Source: Candidatus Bathyarchaeum sp. (GTDB lineage: Archaea > Thermoproteota > Bathyarchaeia > Bathyarchaeales > Bathyarchaeaceae). From it: a stretch of DNA of 33,755 nucleotides. Below, piece by piece: positions 18,580-27,280 of the stretch (position 1 is the stretch's first letter; every line of letters starts with the position of its first letter). The notes below the pieces were generated by a model. The model did not search any database, was not told where the DNA came from, and worked only from the letters and a program-made list of their open reading frames with translations. Both the position numbers and the translations under genes were made by a program. The stretch lies in contig JAOZIF010000103.1 in the NCBI GenBank assembly GCA_026014495.1, forward strand, positions 1 through 33,755, in the 5' to 3' direction.

Positions 18580-19275
18580 ATGGATGACCTGACGCTACCT
18601 GAAGTCGAAACAGTAAGAAAAAGAATAGAAACAGCAACAAAAAAAGAGGCAAAGTTTTGCTTAATGGCAGCATACCTTTTTTGTGCAAGGGCATCCGAAG
18701 TAATAGGGGCAACAAACCGCTATGACCTAACACATAACCAAACTGTAGCACGCGGACCAACCGGACAAGACGTCAAAATTGAAACGTTTGAAATTGGGGA
18801 CACAAAAACAGAAGCTGCAATCTTTACAGTTAGAACTGCGAAACGTGACGGAAAAATAAGAAAAATCGCATTACCTCTCGAGAAAAGTTTTGAACCCTGG
18901 ACTGAAAAATTATACACATATTATATCGATCACGGAAACGACAAAGTCTTTCCATTCACAAGACAGAAAGCATGGGATTATGCACAAGAAACTTTCGCAG
19001 GCTTAAGCTACCCCATAGACAAATACAACATGTATGACACAGAAGGTCTCAAACCAAAACCGATCAAGGCACACATGAAACCATTCAGAACTCACGCCCT
19101 GCGCCACTTACGGGCAACAGAATTAATTGAAACATTCGGATTTACAGGTTTTGACCTTTCTGTTTATGGTGGTTGGACCCTGCGCAGTATGGTCGGTGTC
19201 GGTTCAGCTATGTCTAGATATGCCCACTTAGACTGGCGAAGATACTTCCCCAAATTACTTAAGAAAAGGTTTTAA
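18580..19275 (+). CDS. Tyrosine recombinase, catalytic domain only
   Basis: Complete catalytic set: R (ARASE), K (TAKR), HxxR (HALRHLR), W (YGGW), Y (RYAHL); 231 aa, first Arg at about residue 37. Confidence 0.9.
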   Translation: MDDLTLPEVETVRKRIETATKKEAKFCLMAAYLFCARASEVIGATNRYDLTHNQTVARGPTGQDVKIETFEIGDTKTEAAIFTVRTAKRDGKIRKIALPLEKSFEPWTEKLYTYYIDHGNDKVFPFTRQKAWDYAQETFAGLSYPIDKYNMYDTEGLKPKPIKAHMKPFRTHALRHLRATELIETFGFTGFDLSVYGGWTLRSMVGVGSAMSRYAHLDWRRYFPKLLKKRF

Positions 19276-19411
19276 CTTATTCAAAGAAGTCGTGTTTTTA
19301 GCATCAATTTCCCGATGGTTTCTATGTAATGAGTTTCTGGAATGTGACCTTGTTAAAATCAGCATCTTAATTGAAGAAAATATACAATTTAATGTTAAAA
19401 CAATGGTGATG

Positions 19412-19433
19412 TAACAGTTTCGTCAAACTGTTA
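19412..19433. other. 8-6-8 inverted site B (perfect 9-4-9 palindrome)
   Basis: TAACAGTT-TCGTCA-AACTGTTA; arms match site A at 15/16 positions. Confidence 0.55.
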
Positions 19434-19670
19434 GATTTGAAGGCTACTTATAAAAAATCAGTAAATTACACAGAACGCAAACCCAGCCTTCAATATCTTT
19501 CAAGTCAACTCTGAGCATAAATTTCAGTTCCAAAAATTTTGAAATGTTCCACAGCCAACAATAAACACTCATGATTTTTACACAAAAAAGGTAGACCTGC
19601 AAGACACAAAAAGCACTACTGTTCACACCATTTTTTAGGACAAAACACATTACAGCATTAAAAAATAACG

Positions 19671-19702
19671 TTTTGAGGCCTCAAAAGAGATGCACTGCAT
19701 CT
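19671..19702. repeat. Two adjacent perfect palindromes directly before the 21-bp repeat
   Basis: TTTTGAGGCCTCAAAA (19671-19686) and AGATGCA-C-TGCATCT (19688-19702). Confidence 0.8.
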
Positions 19703-19705
19703 AGT

Positions 19706-19728
19706 GTGGATACAAAAGCATCAACAAA
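19706..19728 (+). repeat. 21-bp dispersed repeat, right-hand copy
   Basis: GTGGATACAAAAGCATCAACAAA (core 19708-19728), followed by ACTCCT. Confidence 0.95.
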
Positions 19729-19861
19729 ACTCCTGACCTTTAACACTAAAACTCATTTTTGATAATTAAACTTTAGCGGTTCAATGAGTGTACCACAACG
19801 TTTTCAAATTGAAAACAATTACAGCTATACCAACTAAGTTTCAGCGAACAGGTAGCAAACG

Positions 19862-20545
19862 ATGACAGACAATGTTGTGGTGACTTCTTCATTGTGCAGG
19901 CAATTTGAAATTGACGGCGTAGTTGTTAAAGCGCTACAAAACATAGACCTTACTGTTGAGGCGGGCGACTTTGTTTGTATATATGGTCCATCAGGTGCAG
20001 GAAAGACAACTTTACTCAACTTAATCGGTGCATTAGACAAACCGTCAACCGGAAAAATTCTTGTCTTTGATCACGACCTTAGAACGTACAACGAAGATTT
20101 TTTGGCTACTTTCCGCGCAGCACATATCGGATTTGTTTTTCAGTCATATAACCTAATTTCAACTCTAACAGCAAGTGAAAACATCTCTTTTGCCATGGAG
20201 CTAGCAGGATGGAAAAACAACCGAATTCACGAAAGATCAGAAAGCTTGCTTAAAATGGTTGGTTTAGAACAGCGTAAAAACCATTTTCCTGCGCAACTTA
20301 GTGGAGGCGAACGCCAAAGAATAGCATTTGCTCGTGCATTAGCAAACGAGCCCCCCCTTCTTCTCGCAGACGAACCTACAGGAAATTTAGATATCGAAAC
20401 TGGTTTAGAAATTATCCGAATTCTTGAACAGATTAAAACTGAAGGCAAAACAGTTATCGTTGCAACTCACGACGAAAAGTTACTGAATTTAGCAAGTCGT
20501 TCTTTATGTCTTAAGGATGGGAGGCTCACAGACAAACTTGAGTGA
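19862..20545 (+). CDS. ABC transporter ATPase, LolD/MacB type
   Basis: [43 protein letters not shown]. Confidence 0.92.
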   Translation: MTDNVVVTSSLCRQFEIDGVVVKALQNIDLTVEAGDFVCIYGPSGAGKTTLLNLIGALDKPSTGKILVFDHDLRTYNEDFLATFRAAHIGFVFQSYNLISTLTASENISFAMELAGWKNNRIHERSESLLKMVGLEQRKNHFPAQLSGGERQRIAFARALANEPPLLLADEPTGNLDIETGLEIIRILEQIKTEGKTVIVATHDEKLLNLASRSLCLKDGRLTDKLE

Positions 20546-22403
20546 AATCAATTTTCCGATAAAAGATTTGTCAAGAAGAAAACAGCAGACAACTTTGACT
20601 ATTATTGGTTTGACTGTAGCCACAGCTGCAACAATTTTTTTGGTCCTTTTTGGAAGTAACTTGGGTTTTGAAATCGGTTTCATCACTCAAGGAGGGAAAT
20701 TAACGAGTGGATTTTATAACATATTTTCTCAATTTATTCTGATTGTCAGCATTCTAAATGTTGTAACAGGTCTCATTATAACATCATTTCTTGTTCAATT
20801 GACAATGTCTACACGAATACGAGACATTGGGGTGATGAAAGCATCAGGTTGTTTAAGCAGACCAGTTTTTGCGTATTTTTTTACAGAGTTGTCTTTGATG
20901 GTGTTAGTCAGCACAACAGCAGGAATAATTATCGGAATTTCACTTTACTATTGTTCTACAATTTTTCTGAGCATTGCAGGTTTTTCTATTTCACAAAACC
21001 TTGACATAACCGCAATTCTTGTTGTTTCACTGGTCACAATTGTTTTTTCTCATATTTTTGGAGCGTTACCTATAAAAAAAGCATCAAAAGCAAAACCAAT
21101 AGAAGCTATGTCTCCCATATACGAAGAAGAAACAAACGCAACAGTGGGACATAAAGTTCCTTCAAAACTTGGGTTTACATTTAAAATGGCGTACCGCAAT
21201 TTGCTTCGTAGACAATCCACAACAATTCACGCAATAATCTGCTTCACAGCGGTTTTAACCTTGATTACAGTTACAATCACGGGTGGACTGATCGCCAACA
21301 ACACCACTTCAACTTACGTTGAACGCGCAATAGGTAGGAACGTTGTTCTAGTGGGACATCCAAAAATCACAGAACGTTACGTTAATTTACTCTCACAATT
21401 TTTTGAATATACACCAAATGAACAGTTCAATTATAATGATTCAAGTTTTGCTATTTCAGGGCAGTTGGTAAGCGATTTGGGGACAATTCAAGGTGTAACT
21501 ATTGTTGATCCGAGATTAGTGTTAGAAACATCAGTTAGAGAAAGCCTTGGAGTAGTACTTGACCCCGTAGAAAAAACAGAAGCTATACTAATTGGGAGCA
21601 ACCGAACAGATACAGCACTGGTTGTAGGGGTACAACCTGAAAACATCATTAACGACTGGCTATTTTTTGGCGAAAAACTAGGGGTAAACGAGACAAATGT
21701 TGCAATGATTGGTGATACATTGGCCGTTAACATGTTTGAGGATGCAACAAATCAAAGAATCAAAATTTTTGATTATAGCGAGTCTCCTTATGACATAGTT
21801 GGGGTATGTGTTGACACTCTGAACAACGGAAAAGTCGTGTACATGCCTCTAGAAACAATGCACAAAGATACAGGACAATCGGGTTACAATCTTGTTTTTG
21901 TTCAAATTGATTCATCAAACAATCCACAAGTTTTTGACCAAATAGAAAAAATGGTAAACGACGAGAATTTGAATGCCATTGAACTTAATTTGGTTTTGGA
22001 TAAGCACATTAATTTCTTGAACAGCATCTGGTCATTGATTATGTTTTTGCCGCTTTTCACGTTGGTAACTGCTGTAGTTGCTCTTTTCAGTTATATTACA
22101 TTGTCAATTTCAGGTCAGCAACATGAATTTGGTATTATGAGAGCAGTTGGAGCCAAACAAAAAACCATAATTAAAATCATTTTTTGTCAAGTGACATTAA
22201 TTATCTTAGTCAGTGGTATGCTTGGAATTTTTGCTGGGTCATCCATTACTTTCGAGTTATTAATCCCTGACCCTGTAATTTCGCAATCAACAATTAGTTC
22301 TGCATACACTTTGTTAATCGCAATAGTGGGGCTACTCTGTGTGTTTAGTCTATATCCAGCAGTGAAAGCTGCAAACAAAACAATTATCGATGCCATTTCG
22401 TAA
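20538..22403 (+). CDS. FtsX/MacB-family ABC permease
   Basis: Likely TTG start overlapping the ATPase stop; two FtsX-type TM modules (RIRDIGVMKASG; QQHEFGIMRAVGA) and one large extracytoplasmic loop. Confidence 0.88.
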   Translation: MSEINFPIKDLSRRKQQTTLTIIGLTVATAATIFLVLFGSNLGFEIGFITQGGKLTSGFYNIFSQFILIVSILNVVTGLIITSFLVQLTMSTRIRDIGVMKASGCLSRPVFAYFFTELSLMVLVSTTAGIIIGISLYYCSTIFLSIAGFSISQNLDITAILVVSLVTIVFSHIFGALPIKKASKAKPIEAMSPIYEEETNATVGHKVPSKLGFTFKMAYRNLLRRQSTTIHAIICFTAVLTLITVTITGGLIANNTTSTYVERAIGRNVVLVGHPKITERYVNLLSQFFEYTPNEQFNYNDSSFAISGQLVSDLGTIQGVTIVDPRLVLETSVRESLGVVLDPVEKTEAILIGSNRTDTALVVGVQPENIINDWLFFGEKLGVNETNVAMIGDTLAVNMFEDATNQRIKIFDYSESPYDIVGVCVDTLNNGKVVYMPLETMHKDTGQSGYNLVFVQIDSSNNPQVFDQIEKMVNDENLNAIELNLVLDKHINFLNSIWSLIMFLPLFTLVTAVVALFSYITLSISGQQHEFGIMRAVGAKQKTIIKIIFCQVTLIILVSGMLGIFAGSSITFELLIPDPVISQSTISSAYTLLIAIVGLLCVFSLYPAVKAANKTIIDAIS

Positions 22404-22419
22404 TATAACAATTGATGAA

Positions 22420-23139
22420 CTAATCACTATTGAGATAATCTGACAGCTTAGGCCCTATTTCGGCTTGGAAATGAGCTAATTCCATCTTATGCCCCACAAA
22501 CTCGTCAACAAAATTTTGAATTTGCAATATTGGAACAACAGGCACTTTGTTGTAAAACTTGACTGGACCAGGAAACAAAGACAATATCGCAGGGAAAAGT
22601 GTTGCTTGTTTCCAATTGCCTAACCCTATTTTTTGTTGCAAGAAATGTAATGAATTTGCTAGAACTTGTGTTCGCTTGGCTTGTGCAGCAGCAACACGTG
22701 TTATCGCTGAATTGCCCCAACCTCTCCGCCAACGTTTACAATCTACGCAAACAATAATTGGTTCACTATACGCTACGACATCGATCTCCCATCTTCTTTG
22801 TTCCGCTTTGAACCTGAAATTTCGTTTGATTACAAAATTATTTTTTTCAAAAACTTGTGCTGCAAAATTTTCAAACTCTTTCCATTCAAGAACGTTACAT
22901 ACTCTTTCAATATCTGTTCCATGATTGATTGCGTGAATGGCAAGTTTGACTCGTTGGTTCGAAGATAGTTCGATTTGTTCGTTTTCACATTCGATGAATC
23001 CAAAGTCACAAAGACCACTCAAAACGTTGTTAATCAAATGAACAGGAACGTTTGATTCACGGGCAATAACCTGCTTAACCGCAGGTTTACCATTTGCATG
23101 TTTTAAGATAGCAATTATTACTTCTGTTTTTGCGGTCAT
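22420..23139 (-). CDS. wHTH + Mrr-like PD-(D/E)xK endonuclease domain protein
   Basis: LEWKEFENFAAQVFEKNNF...EIDVVA...VCVDCKRW is Mrr_cat-like; N-terminal helical/wing region. Confidence 0.72.
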   Translation of the reverse strand: MTAKTEVIIAILKHANGKPAVKQVIARESNVPVHLINNVLSGLCDFGFIECENEQIELSSNQRVKLAIHAINHGTDIERVCNVLEWKEFENFAAQVFEKNNFVIKRNFRFKAEQRRWEIDVVAYSEPIIVCVDCKRWRRGWGNSAITRVAAAQAKRTQVLANSLHFLQQKIGLGNWKQATLFPAILSLFPGPVKFYNKVPVVPILQIQNFVDEFVGHKMELAHFQAEIGPKLSDYLNSD

Positions 23140-23165
23140 TTACTTTCTTTTTCCAAAATTGTTTT

Positions 23166-23924
23166 TTAGATAAACAGGTCGTCTTCTGGAAGGCGTATCA
23201 ATTTTTTTGCAGTTGATGTTTCAGATTTTGGATACAAATACCCTCTAACTATCGCTACGGGGATACCTTCGTTTGTTTGTCCAATAACCAGTTCAGCAGC
23301 TGAAGCTAACTCGTCGGCAATTGCTGTTCTTTTTACTCTAATGGTATACCCAAATAGGTCTTTTTTTCCTCTTCTATCTAGTAGTGGCTCAAATCCGGAA
23401 GTGCCTAAAGCTATGTTGATTTCACCCTGACGGAGGGGACGACCATGGGTATCTGATACAATTACAGCCACATCTTTCTTAGAGATTTTATTCAAAGTCT
23501 GCCGTATTGTTTGGGCTGATTGATCAGAATCTTCAGGTAAAAGAGCTACAACAGTGTGTCCAGGAACGTTAGACTGATCAATTCCGGAGTTAGCACAGAC
23601 CAAACCCTGTTTTGTTTCGGTGATAAATTTTCCTTTACTCATACGTACAATACTTTTGGATTCTCTAAGAATAACCTCTACAAGCCTAGGGTCTTTATTT
23701 GTTCTCTCAGCAACTGATGTGGCAAACTTTGAAGGATTAACTGTTTTTAAGTCTACAACGTTTCCTTCAGCTCTCGCAACTACTACATGAGTAATCACTA
23801 TCACATCACCATTTTGTATAGGTGTTCCCTGCTTTTCGGCAGCTTGACATATCATCAAAGCTAGATTGTCCCCTTTTTTTATTATCGGCAATCCTGTTAC
23901 AGGATATATCTCAACTTTATTCAA
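23166..23924 (-). CDS. cofE: Coenzyme F420-0:gamma-glutamyl ligase
   Basis: GLPIIKKGDNL, CANSGIDQSN, VIVSDTHGRPLRQG, ADELASAAELVIGQTNEGIPVAIVRG. Confidence 0.9.
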   Translation of the reverse strand: MNKVEIYPVTGLPIIKKGDNLALMICQAAEKQGTPIQNGDVIVITHVVVARAEGNVVDLKTVNPSKFATSVAERTNKDPRLVEVILRESKSIVRMSKGKFITETKQGLVCANSGIDQSNVPGHTVVALLPEDSDQSAQTIRQTLNKISKKDVAVIVSDTHGRPLRQGEINIALGTSGFEPLLDRRGKKDLFGYTIRVKRTAIADELASAAELVIGQTNEGIPVAIVRGYLYPKSETSTAKKLIRLPEDDLFI

Positions 23925-24246
23925 TCACAAAGCCTCGTCAGTAGATTCACTTTGAGGGTTTAATAGTATTCGCCTCTTAAAACAAGTAATAATTTCAGAT
24001 AAATGCTCATTTATATGTTCTGTATGCTATTACTTTTACAGTTTTATAATAAAAAATGTTTGGACACCCTAGTAATTATGTAAGACAATTCGAAACATTT
24101 GACCAAAAAAATAAAAAACTAAGCAGATATTTTGCAGCACAAATAATATTTTTGTTAATAATCAATTGAATCTAACATTAAACGAGATTAGTAAATTAAC
24201 TTAGAAAAGCTTTTTTCCTCTTTAACTCTTGAGATACATTGATGTT

Positions 24247-24576
24247 TTAAAAGCTCACAAGCTCAGGCTCCAGCTGCCCCAAAACAATATGTTCACTTGT
24301 CCATTTTTCAATGCAATTGTTACTGAAGTTAAAGCCAGATTTTGTATCATAACCTGCTTGAAGTGGTTCGATGTAACCAGTTGGCCACCTTGAATTGTCT
24401 GTATTGACATTAATGGTGCATCACACGTAAAGTCAATGAATAAGTTCCAGTAGAATTTTCAAATCCAGTTAAAGAACAGATAAATGGGCTTTGAACGTCG
24501 ACTTTGTCGATAACCAACTGTGCAGTGTTTTCTACAACAATTTCAAAGTTTTTCTTTTTGTTCTTCGGAACTAACT
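24247..24576 (-). pseudogene. Possible relic of a beta-rich exported protein gene
   Basis: Two adjacent open stretches in different frames (FEIVVENTAQLVIDKVDVQ...GTYSLTL; TINVNTDNSRWPTGYIEP...) without a clear start. Confidence 0.2.
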
Positions 24577-25379
24577 ACTATTATGAATTTGGTTTATCCA
24601 TCAAAAAAAGCAATAGTCATTGCCACTTCCAAGCTTTGGAGAAACCCCTTGGTGGGGATTACTGTTGATTTCTGCATTTCGTGTTACTTCGGTTTAGCAT
24701 ACAGCAATTTATTGTTCAATCAACTATTCAACAACATGAAAATTATAGCATAAATGCCAATTTCGAAATCCAACAGCCATAAATTCGCCGTGAAAAAATA
24801 AAAAATGTACAATTTCGTTTAATTTCGCAAGAAACAGAAAAACAAGGAAACCTAAGTTGAACGTCGATACTTCACAACCTGATGGATATCCATAAAATAG
24901 AAAGAGGGGAGGGTACAAAAAAACAGAGAAAACAGCTTTCAAAAATTTTGTTCAGGCTAATTACCCCCTATAAGTTCTGAACGTAATTTCAATCACATTT
25001 TTAGAACAAAAATGCCAAGTTACACTGTAGTCGTAATGGCCTTTACACAGTTATTTGGTGATACTTTGTATAATGTTTACATCACCATCTGAGTTTGAGG
25101 GTTTTTAGATTATCAAAAACTGAAAGTGACAAGTAAAGACTCTATTTTTTATTTTGTTTTTTCACTGTGTGAAAACAAAAATAGTTCAATATATAAGCTT
25201 CGAAGATAATCGTAAAATTTTAACACAAAAAAGCTTTTTGATAACGTGATCGAATAAAAAACACTCGGGTTAAAGTAAAAGAACAAAAAACGATGTTTGG
25301 ATTCTATGAATAATCGGGGCAGACTGCCTCTCTGGAAAAAAGCAGGAAGTCAGAAAAGGAGTAAATGAAAATATAATTC

Positions 25380-26027
25380 TTATGTTATTAACACTAATCC
25401 GAACGTCTCTGGCTTTCCTTTCATTGGAAAAGGTATAGGCATACCTGCATTCGCTAATGTTTGCTTTATGTTGACACCCACTGATTGTGCAGTGTATCGT
25501 GCCTTTGTTGGATTAATACAGACTTTTTGTTTGACGTTACATTTGTCACATATTAGGCAAGACCCTGTAGTGAAGCCTAATGCAAGAGTGTAACCTTTAT
25601 TCATAGCGGTCTTTTCGAGATCGCAAACCATTTTTAACAATTTTAGTTTGTCCTTCTTCCAAGACGCCCAAAAAGCATGTATTTGTTTTTGCATTTCTTT
25701 TGTTAAAGATGGGTCGTTTTCGTTTTTTGACAGAAGTTTTGCAACTTCTGGTGAAACATCTATTTGACTTTTAAATTTTAGGACAAGTGCGTAACTGTAT
25801 TCGCTTAAAGTTTTTTTAAATTCGTCAACGCTTGGTGAGTAAGGTGGGCACATTAGTGTTTTTCCGTAATGTTTGCAGCCTACGCGGCATTTTAGGACAA
25901 CACGGTTCTCGACAACTATTTGGTTTGCCGCAATCACTTTTGCCTCTGATGCACCAAGCTTCAGTGCTAAATCTTTAAGAAATAAAAATTGTTTTGGGTC
26001 TGTTTCATGCTGCATTAGAATGTTCAC
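25380..26027 (-). CDS. DUF2284 metal-binding protein
   Basis: IVVENRVVLKCRVGC..YG...CPP and GSCLICDKC...C..P..AR Cys pattern. Confidence 0.85.
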   Translation of the reverse strand: MNILMQHETDPKQFLFLKDLALKLGASEAKVIAANQIVVENRVVLKCRVGCKHYGKTLMCPPYSPSVDEFKKTLSEYSYALVLKFKSQIDVSPEVAKLLSKNENDPSLTKEMQKQIHAFWASWKKDKLKLLKMVCDLEKTAMNKGYTLALGFTTGSCLICDKCNVKQKVCINPTKARYTAQSVGVNIKQTLANAGMPIPFPMKGKPETFGLVLIT

Positions 26028-26045
26028 GTTTTTCCTAGTTTTCTT

Positions 26046-26924
26046 CTATACCTTGATTTCAGAGCGGATGTAATTTATAATTTCGTCGGCTATGTTTATT
26101 TTCGTAACCGACTGCAGTCCTTTCCATCCGGGTTGACTGTTTATTTCTATAATTACTGGTCCGTCTGGTCCTTCTATTATATCTACACCTGTAACTTTGC
26201 AGCCTATAACTTTGGCTGCTTTAACTGCAAGGTTTTCCAGTTCCTCAGGTATGTCTAGGAATACTGGTTTTGCTCCAAGGCTAACGTTGGTTTTCCAGTT
26301 TTCGGATATTCGTTTCATGGCGGCTATTACTCTGTCGCCTATGACGAAAGCACGGATATCTGAGCCTCCATGGGGAATGAATTGTTGTAGATATAATACC
26401 CCGTGATGAAATGAGATTGTTCTGAATACTCTTGCTGCAATGTCGGGGTCATTGATTCTGGTTGCTCCTACTCCTCTTGAGCCAAAGAGAGGTTTTACTA
26501 CGACGTCCCCACCTAGTTCGTGGAAGCATTCTAGTGCTTCATCGTGACTTTCTGTTACTGCCGTACGAGGTACAGGTAACCCATTTTCGTGGAAGAGTGT
26601 TAGGGAGTTGTATTTGTCTACGGAACGTTCTATTGCTAGGGGCGGGTTTATGACTAGCAGTCCTAGTCGTTCTAGTCTATGGAGAAGGTTCATTCTGAAC
26701 AGTATTTCTTCAAGGGAGCCTCGTCCGATGGGCCGAGTTATCAGGGCATCTATGTCCGTGAAAAGATTAGTTTGGTTTACTGAAGCTTCAGGACTGTAGT
26801 TTACGCGTCCAATGATTGGGCGATAACCAAAACAGATGTGAGATATGTTCTGTTTTTCCATTGATTTACGTAGTTGTGTGGAGCACCATCCATTTTGGTC
26901 TCGAGTCATGATTCCCAGTTTCAA
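26046..26924 (-). CDS. RimK-family ATP-grasp alpha-L-glutamate ligase (MptN/CofF-like)
   Basis: VINPP..IE..VDK, VVKPLFGSRGVG, YLQQFI..GGSDIRAFV, WKTNVSLG, GVDII, EINSQPGW. Confidence 0.88.
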   Translation of the reverse strand: MKLGIMTRDQNGWCSTQLRKSMEKQNISHICFGYRPIIGRVNYSPEASVNQTNLFTDIDALITRPIGRGSLEEILFRMNLLHRLERLGLLVINPPLAIERSVDKYNSLTLFHENGLPVPRTAVTESHDEALECFHELGGDVVVKPLFGSRGVGATRINDPDIAARVFRTISFHHGVLYLQQFIPHGGSDIRAFVIGDRVIAAMKRISENWKTNVSLGAKPVFLDIPEELENLAVKAAKVIGCKVTGVDIIEGPDGPVIIEINSQPGWKGLQSVTKINIADEIINYIRSEIKV

Positions 26925-27080
26925 GCATTATCCCTTCAAGCATCAAAATATTATGCTTACAGATTAAAGTAATGCTTACAAACTTTTTGTTAAACAATTT
27001 CGAAAGATTCTGGAAACAGCGTTTTGATGGCGTCTTGTTTTTTGAACACACAAACTATTTTTCAACAATGATGGTTCGTT

Positions 27081-27248
27081 TATTATAGTCTACTATCTGG
27101 CGTGAATTTTTGGTATCAAACTGTTGTGGTGATTGAAATTTCAGAAAAAAAGCTAGTTTTCAACAATGTACCTCTATTAGGATACTAATATGCGGATGAT
27201 TGTGTGAATGACTAGACCCGTTGATTTTTTTGAAACAAACTGGTTTAA
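27081..27248 (-). repeat. Approx. 150-bp intergenic element, copy beta (core at 27136-27180)
   Basis: Reverse complement aligns with 16006-16161. Confidence 0.85.
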
Positions 27249-27280
27249 TGTAATTTTTAGTCTCAAGATCAGATATTGTT

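Noticed and set aside
19705-19713. DnaA-box-like TGTGGATAC
   Set aside because: Archaea lack DnaA; single one-mismatch instance explained by the 21-mer.
18172-19728. Classical IS/transposon with terminal inverted repeats
   Set aside because: No DDE or HUH transposase, no target-site duplication (left flank AGAAA, right flank ACTCC), and a third repeat copy lies outside the segment.
24445-24460. ORB-like GTTCCAGTAGAA suggesting a replication origin
   Set aside because: Single partial match, no G-string, no cdc6/orc1 nearby.
23951-25104. 11-bp direct repeats (TTTGAGGGTTT; TTGAACGTCGA) in the long gap
   Set aside because: One or two such matches are about what chance gives in 1.4 kb of AT-rich DNA.
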